64,000 nt of DNA, taken from an uncultured Chloroflexia bacterium (lineage in GTDB: Bacteria; Chloroflexota; Limnocylindria; QHBO01). The stretch is from contig CAWHEV010000009.1 of NCBI GenBank assembly GCA_963828485.1, positions 135,318 to 199,317 on the forward strand. Reading direction: 5' to 3'. Positions 18,208 through 26,507 of this stretch are shown in pieces. The translations under genes were made by a program, and so were the position numbers. The stretch's first letter is position 1, and the number at the start of each line of letters is the position of its first letter. The notes below the pieces were generated by a model. It made no database searches and was not told where the DNA came from. It saw nothing but the letters and a program-made list of their open reading frames with translations.

Positions 18208-18633
18208 TTGCCCGAGGACGCGATCGACCGGGGTGAACGTCGCCCCTTTGGGTTTGTCCTGCTCATCGTGCTCTGGCTGGTGTATGGGCTGCTGCCGGTC
18301 CTCTACCTCCTCGAGGTTCCCGGAATCCCCGCGGCAGGGTTGGTGCGTGCCATGGATCCGCAGGGGGACAACCCCATCGCGAACGGCATCCTGGTGACCG
18401 TCGCGCTGTCGACGGCCATCGGGCTCTGGCGGGGCTGGCAGGGCGCCTACGTGGTGGCCATGCTCCTCATCGGCGGCAGCCTCGCGATCGAGATCTGGGG
18501 CTACACGCAGGGGACCCCCGCATACGCATATACGGCGGTTGGGGTGATCATCACCTTCTACCTCAACCAGGCGAGCGTTCGACGGCGCTTCTTCGACACG
18601 ACCGGGGCGGGCCGGACGGCAGACGACCGATGA
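18208..18633 (+). CDS. hypothetical polytopic membrane protein
   Basis: TTG start at 18208, preceded by GGAGG and a 6-nt spacer. About 141 aa with 4 hydrophobic helices. Its stop overlaps the next gene start (ATGA). ORF 18203..18397 in the other frame was rejected. Confidence 0.5.
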   Translation: MPEDAIDRGERRPFGFVLLIVLWLVYGLLPVLYLLEVPGIPAAGLVRAMDPQGDNPIANGILVTVALSTAIGLWRGWQGAYVVAMLLIGGSLAIEIWGYTQGTPAYAYTAVGVIITFYLNQASVRRRFFDTTGAGRTADDR

Positions 18634-20432
18634 ACGACGAGGCGCTCTTGCGGGCGCACGAGCCGATCCTGCACTTCACCCACGGCGAGCTCTTCTTTCC
18701 GACTGCCGTCGAGCCCTACATCGAGGCGTGCGACCTATGGGTCGGGCGCTCCGATCGTGAGTCCTCGCTGGTCATTCCCGCCGGATCGCTCACCCCCGAC
18801 AAGCTCGCGGACGCCGAGGAGCCGCCCGGCCAGCGCCTCTTCATGCGCCTGGTCCAGCAACCGCTCAGCAGCGTGGAGCAGGCGCGCTGGCTCGCGCGAC
18901 CGGATCGCCCGGTGTTCCGGGCGGCCGGCCGGCTCGCTCGCGTCGGCCTGTTCGCCCGCATCGTTGACGCACTCTTCAACGTGTCGCTGCTGCTGCGAGG
19001 GACCGTGCCCGGCGGCACTGCCTCAGCGGCGCGCGAGAAGTACCAGGCCTCCGGCGCGGCCGACGCTCCTCCCATCTACTACGGACGCGTCATCCGCAAG
19101 GACGGGTGGACCGTCCTCCACTACATCTACTTCTACTTCATGAACGACTGGCGCAGCACGTTCGGCGGCGCCAACGATCACGAGGCGGACTGGGAGCAGG
19201 TCCTCGTCTATGTCGAGGAGACACCGGATGGGCCCGTGCCGGTATGGTGCGCTGCCGCGTCGCACGACTACAGCGGCGATGACCTGCGACGCCGCTGGGA
19301 CGACCCCGACCTCCTCAAGGAGGGATCGCACCCCGTCCTCTTCCCCGGAGCCGGGTCGCACGCGACGTATTTCGAGCAAGGTGAGTACCTCAACACGCCG
19401 CCCCTGCCGGGAATGTCCCGCCTCCAGGGGCCACTGGATGCCTTGCGTGGATTCTGGCGCGACACGCTCCGGCAACCGGATCCGGGCGACCTGGCGGCCA
19501 AGGTCTCGGGCTGGTTCACCATCCCGTTCGTCGACTACGCCCGCGGCGACGGCAGGTCGATCGGTCCCGGCCTGGAAGCCGAGTGGTCCGTGCAGACGAT
19601 CGGTGACGAGATCGGCTGGGTGCGCGAGTACCGTGGGCTCTTCGGCCTGGACACCTACGACCGCTTCGCGGGGGAGCGCGCGCCGGCCGGCCCGAAGTTC
19701 ACGCGGCAGGGAGCGGTCCGCCAGTCGTGGTACGACCCCGTGGGATGGGCCGGCCTCGGCAAGGTCGCGCCGCCGTCGCGGGAGCCAGAGGCCATCGCCG
19801 ACCGGATCGCCGAGCTCGAGGACGAGCTCGGCGGGCTGACCGCGCGTGAGCAGTCGCTCGCCGCAGCGCTCCCCGGGAAGAACGTCGAGGCGCACGGCCT
19901 GCGGGAGGACGGCATGCCCGTCGCGCTGCAGCGAACGGCAGCAGCCGAGGTGCGCGCCGAGGACCATGAGCTCGACACCGTGCGAGCGGCCATCGTGGAG
20001 AACCGAATCCGCCTGGAGGCCGTGACCGCCGAGCGAACGCGCCTCGCGAATGGCGAGCGCGGAGATCCCCATGCCCACCTGACCCACTCGGTGCATCCCC
20101 TTCCGGACGAGGACGTGCGCTATGGCCGGGTGCTCGAGTTCTGGTCGGCGATCGGCTTCGCCGTCCTGCTGCTCGGGACGATCGCGCTCCTCGTCCTCAC
20201 CGACATACCGGCGTGGGTTGCCCTGCTGGGGGCGCTGACCCTGTACGTCGTCCTCGAGTCGGCATTCCGGCGACGCTTCGTGCCGCTGCTCGTGACGGTG
20301 ACCCGCATCCTGGCCGTCGTGGCCGCGCTCATCCTCATCTGGGAGTTCCTGGGCGCCCTGCTCATCCTCGTGCTTATCGGCATCGCCGCCCTGACCATCG
20401 CCGACAACGTCAGGGAGCTCAGGCGCCGATAA
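18630..20432 (+). CDS. membrane-anchored protein with N-terminal Vps62/DUF946-like domain, central coiled coil and C-terminal 3-TM anchor
   Basis: 600 aa. The motifs YIYFYFMNDW...GANDHEADWEQVLVYVEE...AAASHDYSGDD resemble the HxxDWEH and SQHSGGEW signatures of Vps62/DUF946 (distantly NPP1-like). Then comes an Ala/Glu/Arg-rich helical region, and the last ~110 aa are strongly hydrophobic. Confidence 0.55.
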   Translation: MNDEALLRAHEPILHFTHGELFFPTAVEPYIEACDLWVGRSDRESSLVIPAGSLTPDKLADAEEPPGQRLFMRLVQQPLSSVEQARWLARPDRPVFRAAGRLARVGLFARIVDALFNVSLLLRGTVPGGTASAAREKYQASGAADAPPIYYGRVIRKDGWTVLHYIYFYFMNDWRSTFGGANDHEADWEQVLVYVEETPDGPVPVWCAAASHDYSGDDLRRRWDDPDLLKEGSHPVLFPGAGSHATYFEQGEYLNTPPLPGMSRLQGPLDALRGFWRDTLRQPDPGDLAAKVSGWFTIPFVDYARGDGRSIGPGLEAEWSVQTIGDEIGWVREYRGLFGLDTYDRFAGERAPAGPKFTRQGAVRQSWYDPVGWAGLGKVAPPSREPEAIADRIAELEDELGGLTAREQSLAAALPGKNVEAHGLREDGMPVALQRTAAAEVRAEDHELDTVRAAIVENRIRLEAVTAERTRLANGERGDPHAHLTHSVHPLPDEDVRYGRVLEFWSAIGFAVLLLGTIALLVLTDIPAWVALLGALTLYVVLESAFRRRFVPLLVTVTRILAVVAALILIWEFLGALLILVLIGIAALTIADNVRELRRR

Positions 20433-20478
20433 TGGCTTCCGTGACGGCCCTCTTTGCCGCGGCGGTCGGCGGCGAGCC

Positions 20479-20862
20479 GTGAGATTCTTCCGGGTATGGC
20501 TCCGTGCGCTCTACCAGGTTGCGCGCGAGGAAGCGACGCGCCAGCTCGTGCTGGCGGTGGTCATCCTGCTCGCCACCGGGACGGCCTTCTACACGATCGT
20601 CGAGGGCTGGACTCCGCTGGACTCGCTCTATTTCTGCGTCATCACGGTGACCACGGTTGGCTACGGGGACTTCGCACCCACGACCGGCGCCGCGAAGATC
20701 TTCACCATCCTGTACGTGCTCGCCGGCATCTCGCTCATCATCGCGTTCGCGAACACCATCCTGCGGCAGGCCATCACCGACCTAACCCCGAATGAGCGAG
20801 ACGCCATGGCCCCTGGTGATCGATTCGGTGACACCGAGGAGCGACACCCCGACGATCGGTGA
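20479..20862 (+). CDS. minimal two-TM potassium channel (KcsA-like, no RCK domain)
   Basis: 127 aa containing the K+ selectivity filter TVGYGD between two TM helices. GTG start. Confidence 0.8.
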   Translation: MRFFRVWLRALYQVAREEATRQLVLAVVILLATGTAFYTIVEGWTPLDSLYFCVITVTTVGYGDFAPTTGAAKIFTILYVLAGISLIIAFANTILRQAITDLTPNERDAMAPGDRFGDTEERHPDDR

Positions 20863-20936
20863 CGCGATCGGGCCGATCGGGCATCCGCCTGGCCCGGGCG
20901 TGGCGTACTGGTACCGACCCACAGGACGAAGGCGAC

Positions 20937-21368
20937 ATGCCCTACGGTCCGATCGAGCTGCTGGTGCTCGAACATGCTGAGCCCGAACCGCCCGCCGCGG
21001 TGGTCTCCGCGCTGCGGCGCTTCACGGAGTCCGGCCTGATCGGCATTGTGGACGTCGTGCTCGTGATCCGCGATGCCGATGGCGCGGTCACGTGGCTGGA
21101 GCTGCCGGACATGGAGCCGGCGCTCGCAGGGAGCCTCGATCCGATCGTCGCCGAGATCACGGGGCTGGTGTCGGCGGACGACCTGGTCGACATCGGGGCC
21201 ACGGTGCCACCCGGAGGATCGGCGTTCGTCGTCGTGGTCGAGCACCGTTGGCCGAGCCTGCTCGAGGCCGAGACCCGCAGCGCCGGCGGGACCATATCCC
21301 TCCACATGCGGATCCCGCGCAACGCGGTCGAGGAGGTCGTGGCGGCCCACACCGCCGCCGCCTCCTGA
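20937..21368 (+). CDS. conserved actinobacterial protein of unknown function (DUF6325-like)
   Basis: 143 aa starting MPYGPIELLVLEHAEPEPP.... The pattern GPIELLVL...GLIGIVDVVLVIRDADG...ISLHMRIPRNAVEEVVAA is typical of this small family. ATG 20937 with AGGACGAAGG upstream. Confidence 0.6.
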   Translation: MPYGPIELLVLEHAEPEPPAAVVSALRRFTESGLIGIVDVVLVIRDADGAVTWLELPDMEPALAGSLDPIVAEITGLVSADDLVDIGATVPPGGSAFVVVVEHRWPSLLEAETRSAGGTISLHMRIPRNAVEEVVAAHTAAAS

Positions 21369-21372
21369 GGCG

Positions 21373-22671
21373 TCAGCCTTCGAGCGCGACCGCCGCGCTC
21401 AGGAAGCCGCCGGATGGCACCAACCACGCCACCGAGCCGGTGGGCCGTCGATGGCCGTCGGCCAGGCGCGCCATCCCCTGCCCCGACCACCAGCCGTCAC
21501 CGGCCAGCCGCTGCCACTGGCGCTCGGTCCAGCGCTTCGGCATCGCGCTGAGCTCGGTGACGCTGAGGCCGATCAGGTCCCTCGGGGCTCGATCGAAGAG
21601 GATCGACGCACCGCTGGTCGCCGCGGTCACGCGCCCGAGCCGATCGCCGAGGAGAAGAGCCAGATCGTCTGATGCCATCAGGCGATCGATGGCCGCGACG
21701 CGCACGCTGGGATCGGACGCGGTACTCAGCAACGCGGCGATCAGTGCCGAGGCCGACCCGCCGAGTGCACGGGCGTAGGCGCTGGCTCCGTTGGCGCGCG
21801 TCCTCGGACCGAGCGGGCGGGCGCTCCACCGGCTGCTCCAGACCAGGGTCGGAACCCCGTCCCATCCCACGTCTCGGAGTCGTTCGAGCGTCCGCTTGGG
21901 CCGGATCGGCGTCCTGCGCTGGTCGAAGATGATGCCGGATGGCCGGTATGCCGGGTCATGGGGCAGTTCCTGGAGCACGTCGATGCCGATCAGGCCATCG
22001 GCGAGCGCGTGGACCGCCGCCGCGAAGGATGCGTCGCGGCTGAGAACGAGCAGCGGCGAGGCGGTGATCCGGCGCGGGGGCAGGGTCGCGGGACGCGGCG
22101 TCAGGTCGATGTCGGCGACGAGCGAGCGCACCAGCCGCAGGCCGACGCGTATGCGGCTCTTCACCGTGCCGAGTGGAAGGCCGGTGATGCCGGCGATGGC
22201 CGAGTGGCTCCATCCCTCGACGAAGGCCAGGCGGATGAGCTGGGCGTGGCGGGCGTCGAGCCGGCTCAGCAGGTCGAGGAACTCCTCGGCTTCGGCGGCT
22301 TCCACGGGCGTCGACCCCGGTGCCGGGATGAGGTCGAGCGGGTCGTCGTGATCCTCGCTCGAGGGAGCGAGACGATGAAGGCGGCGCGCGCGGCGACGGT
22401 AGTGATCGATGGCGCGATTGCGGACGCTTCGCAGCAACCACTGCGCGGGTTCGCCGCGCGCGGGGTCGTAGGAGCGGGCCATGCGGGGCAGCTGGACGAA
22501 GACGTCCTGGACGACGTCCTCGGCGTCTGACACGTCGGACAGGACGCTGATGGCCACCGCCAAGGCCCCCTCCCGATGGCGCTCGTACAGCTCGGCGAGG
22601 CTCTCCGTGTTGCCGGCGGCGGCCTTCGGCAGGAGCTGGGCGTCGGTGGCCGGAGGGGAAGCCGCACTCAT
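21373..22671 (-). CDS. ECF-type RNA polymerase sigma factor fused to a ~240-aa C-terminal domain of unknown function
   Basis: The N-terminal ~190 aa carry sigma-70 region 2 (DAEDVVQDVFVQL, PAQWLLRSVRNRAIDHYRRR) and region 4 (LPLGTVKSRIRVGL). The C-terminal half has no TM segment and no recognisable domain. Confidence 0.75.
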   Translation of the reverse strand: MSAASPPATDAQLLPKAAAGNTESLAELYERHREGALAVAISVLSDVSDAEDVVQDVFVQLPRMARSYDPARGEPAQWLLRSVRNRAIDHYRRRARRLHRLAPSSEDHDDPLDLIPAPGSTPVEAAEAEEFLDLLSRLDARHAQLIRLAFVEGWSHSAIAGITGLPLGTVKSRIRVGLRLVRSLVADIDLTPRPATLPPRRITASPLLVLSRDASFAAAVHALADGLIGIDVLQELPHDPAYRPSGIIFDQRRTPIRPKRTLERLRDVGWDGVPTLVWSSRWSARPLGPRTRANGASAYARALGGSASALIAALLSTASDPSVRVAAIDRLMASDDLALLLGDRLGRVTAATSGASILFDRAPRDLIGLSVTELSAMPKRWTERQWQRLAGDGWWSGQGMARLADGHRRPTGSVAWLVPSGGFLSAAVALEG

Positions 22672-22833
22672 AGCGACGTGCCCAAGCGGGGACAGGGGCG
22701 CGCGCTCCGGTGTTGCTGCGCGAGGTGTTCGGGCTGCGACGATGTCGACCCCTGACGTGCTCGGTGACCCCCCGTCGGACGACCCATTGTCCCGCCGCTG
22801 TCACGCCGCGGTCAAGGATGGTTTTACCTGGTC

Positions 22834-24522
22834 TTATCCCTGGCCGACGGCTGCCTCCACCCATCCACCGATCTCGCGGCGCAGCGTGGCCAGCGGCAGC
22901 GAGCCGTGCCCGAGCACCTCATCGTGGAAGGCGCGCAGGTCGAATCGGTCCCCCATCGCGGCCGAGACGTCGGCGCGAGCACGCTCGATCTCGCGCTGGC
23001 CCAGCTTGTAGGCCAGCGCCTGTCCCGGCCAGACGGTGTAGCGGTCGACTTCGATCTCGGCGTCGACCATCGGCAGCGAGCCGCGCTCGTGCATGAACGC
23101 GATCGCCTGCTCCCGGGTCCAGTTCATGGCGTGCAGCCCCGAGTCGACGACGAGGCGCGCCGCGCGGAACGACTGCGCGTCGAGCATGCCGAGCCGCTCG
23201 GCCTCCGAGGCGTACAGCCCCATCTCGTCGGCCAGGCGCTCCGTATAGAGGCCCCAGCCCTCGGAGTAGGCGACGCCCGCAAGCCGACCGCCCAGGGTTC
23301 GGAAGGCGGGCATCCCGGGCAGCTCCATCTCGATCGCGATCTGGAAGTGGTGGCCCGGTGTCGCCTCGTGGAACGTGATCGCCGCGAGCTTGTGGAGCTG
23401 CCGCTCACTCGGCTGATACGTGTTGATGTAGTACTGACCCTGGCGCGAGCCATCGAGGGCGGGCGGCATGTAGAAGGCCGGGGGCGACTCGGCCGCCCGA
23501 TAGTCCTCGACCTGCTTGACGTAGCAGTTCGCACTGGGCAGACGGCCGAAGTACTTCGGCGCCTCGGCGTAGGCGCGATCTGTCTGCTCCTGTGCGAGCC
23601 GCACGAAGGCCCCCGGATCGTCGGTGTGGTTGTCCGGATCGGCCGCCAACGCCTCGTAGAGCGCATGCCGATCCGCGTGACCGAGGTTGCGGGCGATCTC
23701 GTCCTTTTCCGACTCGATCGCCTCGAGATCGGCGAGTCCGAAGGCGTGAACCTCGTCCGCGTTCGTGTCGAGCGTCGTCTGCATGCGGATCGACAGGCGA
23801 TAGGCGGCGTCGCCACCGGGAGTGGCCGAGATGCCCGGCTGCTGACGCGCGTGGGGCTCGTACTCGTCCGCAAGGTATCCGCGCAGCCGGCGGAGCGCGG
23901 GATAGACCGACTCCTCGACGGCCAGCGCCACGCTCGTCCGATCGGCGTCGGCGACCTGGGCCATCGACGTTGCCGGGTGGTCCGCCGGCGCCATGGCCAG
24001 GAGCCGGTCGATCTGCTCGATCGTGCGTCGAACGGGGACGGCGGCGGCGGTCCGTCCGTCGGTCACGCCCTCGGCCAGCGTGCCGATGAACTGGTCGATC
24101 GCGACCGGGAAGGTGTTCCAGCGGGCCAGCAGGCGCTCCAGCCGCTCCGGCGTGTCGGCGGGCTGGTACTGAGCCATCTCCGCGGGCCAGATCTGCGGAC
24201 CGGCCATGTGGTCGATCCCGAGCTGGTACTGCTTGGTGGCGAGCGCCTCGAGATGGTTCTCGCACACCAGCATGAGCAGGTCGCGCGTGATGACCTGCTC
24301 CGGCTCGAGCTGGTCGGCGGGGATCTCGCGCGCCTCGGCCAGCGTGGCGCGGAATGCCGCCTCGTCCGCAGACCGACCGTCCGGCCCCAGGTCGGGCCAG
24401 CGGTCGTTGTATCGCTCGTCGCCGAGGATCGTGGCGGTCAGCGGATCGCGTTCGAGGATGCCTTCCCAGAAGCGGTCGGCAAGGTCGTTGACAGCGGCGT
24501 TCGGATCGAGGGCGACGGGCAC
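22834..24522 (-). CDS. DUF885 family protein (metallopeptidase-like)
   Basis: 562 aa with the conserved HEATPGHH zinc-binding-like motif and overall DUF885 architecture. Confidence 0.7.
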   Translation of the reverse strand: MPVALDPNAAVNDLADRFWEGILERDPLTATILGDERYNDRWPDLGPDGRSADEAAFRATLAEAREIPADQLEPEQVITRDLLMLVCENHLEALATKQYQLGIDHMAGPQIWPAEMAQYQPADTPERLERLLARWNTFPVAIDQFIGTLAEGVTDGRTAAAVPVRRTIEQIDRLLAMAPADHPATSMAQVADADRTSVALAVEESVYPALRRLRGYLADEYEPHARQQPGISATPGGDAAYRLSIRMQTTLDTNADEVHAFGLADLEAIESEKDEIARNLGHADRHALYEALAADPDNHTDDPGAFVRLAQEQTDRAYAEAPKYFGRLPSANCYVKQVEDYRAAESPPAFYMPPALDGSRQGQYYINTYQPSERQLHKLAAITFHEATPGHHFQIAIEMELPGMPAFRTLGGRLAGVAYSEGWGLYTERLADEMGLYASEAERLGMLDAQSFRAARLVVDSGLHAMNWTREQAIAFMHERGSLPMVDAEIEVDRYTVWPGQALAYKLGQREIERARADVSAAMGDRFDLRAFHDEVLGHGSLPLATLRREIGGWVEAAVGQG

Positions 24523-24584
24523 GAGTCAGGCCTCCGGTGTGATGAACGAACGGGTCGGAGCCGAGTCTAGCGGCTCGCGCCGGA

Positions 24585-25673
24585 TCAGCCGAAGAGGTCG
24601 GCGAGCAGCGCGGCTGGCGTCTCGGCGAGCTGATCGTAGCGGCAGTCGGCCGGCGCCTTGTCCGGCCGCCAGCGCCGGAACGTCGACGCGTGGCGGAATC
24701 GGTCACCCTGGAGGTGATCGAAGGCAACCTCACACACGAGCTCGGGGCGTACCGGCTCCCATGAGAGGTCCTTTCCACGGTTCCAGCGCGAGGTGGCGCC
24801 GGGCATCCGTCGCCCCTCCTCGGCAGCGGCAGCCTCGGCCAGGGCCCACTCGCGCCACGGATGGTCCTCCATGCCTCCACTACGGTATGGCTCGAGGAGC
24901 TCGACCAGCTCCGCCCGCTTGGCCATCGTGAACGACGAGGTCACGCCGACGTGCTGGAGCCGGCCTTCGTCGTTCCAGAGCCCGAGGAGCAGCGAGCCGA
25001 CCAGGGTTCCCGGGCCGTTCTTGTGCCACCGGAACCCGGCAACCACGCAGTCGGCGGTGCGCGCGTGCTTGACCTTCGCCATGGTCCGCTTGCCCGGCGC
25101 GTAGGGCTCCGATGCCCGCTTCGCCACGATGCCGTCCAGCCCGGCGCCCTCGAACACGTCGAACCAGTGCCGGGCCACGGCCGGGTCGGTGGACGATGGA
25201 GTCAGCCGCACCGATTCCGGAGGGTCGCTCACCAGGCGCTCCAGGCGCTCACGACGCTCCGCGAACGGAGCCTCCCGCAGGTCGTCCGAGCCATCGGCGA
25301 GGCAGTCGAAGGCGATGTAGGAGGCCGGCGCCTGCTCGGCCAGCATCCTGACCCGAGACTCGGCGGGGTGGATGCGGATGAGCAGCGAGTCGAAGTCGAG
25401 GCCGGCGTCGGGCCGGGCGATCACGATCTCGCCATCGAGCACGAAACGGGCATCCGCACCGCCGAGCGCGAGGAGGGGCGCTTCGAGCTCGGGGAAGTAT
25501 CGGTTCAGCGGCTTGAGGTCGCGTGACTGGACGAACAGCTCCGAGCCGTCGCGGAAGACGAGCGACCGGAAGCCATCCCACTTGGGCTCGTAGACCCAGC
25601 CGTCACCGGTCGGGATCTCGGGCGTGGGCTTCGCCAGCATCGGGGCGATCGGCGGCTCGATCGGGAAGGGCAT
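24585..25673 (-). CDS. ATP-dependent DNA ligase (LigC/LigD ligase-domain type, adenylation + OB only)
   Basis: 362 aa with KxDG motif I (YEPKWDGFRSL), motifs III-V (FVLDGEIV, GLDGIVAK) and an OB domain. No polymerase or phosphoesterase domain is attached. Confidence 0.88.
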   Translation of the reverse strand: MPFPIEPPIAPMLAKPTPEIPTGDGWVYEPKWDGFRSLVFRDGSELFVQSRDLKPLNRYFPELEAPLLALGGADARFVLDGEIVIARPDAGLDFDSLLIRIHPAESRVRMLAEQAPASYIAFDCLADGSDDLREAPFAERRERLERLVSDPPESVRLTPSSTDPAVARHWFDVFEGAGLDGIVAKRASEPYAPGKRTMAKVKHARTADCVVAGFRWHKNGPGTLVGSLLLGLWNDEGRLQHVGVTSSFTMAKRAELVELLEPYRSGGMEDHPWREWALAEAAAAEEGRRMPGATSRWNRGKDLSWEPVRPELVCEVAFDHLQGDRFRHASTFRRWRPDKAPADCRYDQLAETPAALLADLFG

Positions 25674-25679
25674 GCACCG

Positions 25680-26507
25680 ATGATAGGGCGGGTCATGCCA
25701 TCATCGCGCCAGATGCGTGACTGGCTGAGAATCGTGTTGATCGGCCTGGCCGCCGGGGTGGTGGCTGTGATGGCCATCGGGTACGTCTTCATCTTCCGCG
25801 GTGTCGCCAGCGGCCCCGTGGCGACTCTCGGAACCCTGGACGCGCCCGAGCCTGGCGAGGTCGTCGCCGCGACCCTGGACGATGGAGCGCCCGTCTTCGT
25901 CGTCAGCCGTCGCGGAGCGAGCGGCGTCCTCGACGCGCGGTCGCCGGCGGCACCGGGATCGCTCCCGGTGCTTGTGTCGTGGTGCAGCGAGATCGGTGCG
26001 TTCGAGACGGGGTTCCTCGGGGAGGGCGACATGGTGAGCACGCTCGGTTTCGAGCCGGACGGGTCGGCGTTCGGCCTGTTCGAGTCACCCGGCCTGGCCC
26101 GGTACACCGTCCGTGAGGAAGCTGACGGCCGCCTCGTCGTGATGGACTCGTCATCGCGAGCGAGGGGGCGGATCGCCGGACCGCCCGACTGCCCTCGCGA
26201 ATCCGACCGCGTGATGCACGAGCCGGCGGAGGGCGAGGTCTTCGATCCGTCGCTCGCGATCGAGAACGAGCCGCCGGGCATGATCTGGCTCGAAGGGACG
26301 CTCCACGCGATCGAGGGCCAGGCCATGCTGTGCGACGGGCTGCGAGCCGAAGCGGACCGTTGTGCCGGCGGCGCCGTGGCCACGGGCATCGATCCTGCCA
26401 CGATCGGTCCGGCCGGGATCGACGGCCTGTTCATCGGCTTCGTGCGCGACGGCGCGATCTCGGGCCTGGCGCACGCGCTCGTTCTCAGTGAGACGGAGGG
26501 ATCGTGA
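25680..26507 (+). CDS. hypothetical membrane-anchored protein
   Basis: 275 aa with one N-terminal TM helix (WLRIVLIGLAAGVVAVMAIGYVFIF). GGAAGGG Shine-Dalgarno 9 nt upstream of ATG 25680. 4-nt overlap with the downstream gene. The start could instead be ATG 25695 or 25713. Confidence 0.5.
   Translation: MIGRVMPSSRQMRDWLRIVLIGLAAGVVAVMAIGYVFIFRGVASGPVATLGTLDAPEPGEVVAATLDDGAPVFVVSRRGASGVLDARSPAAPGSLPVLVSWCSEIGAFETGFLGEGDMVSTLGFEPDGSAFGLFESPGLARYTVREEADGRLVVMDSSSRARGRIAGPPDCPRESDRVMHEPAEGEVFDPSLAIENEPPGMIWLEGTLHAIEGQAMLCDGLRAEADRCAGGAVATGIDPATIGPAGIDGLFIGFVRDGAISGLAHALVLSETEGS

Noticed and set aside
18203-18397. 64-aa ATG-initiated ORF (MRCPRTRSTG...) in the divergent region
   Set aside because: Cys/Ser/Arg-rich with no hydrophobic core. 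The overlapping frame, beginning at TTG 18208 with a GGAGG site, encodes a coherent 4-TM membrane protein that is stop/start-coupled to the next gene.
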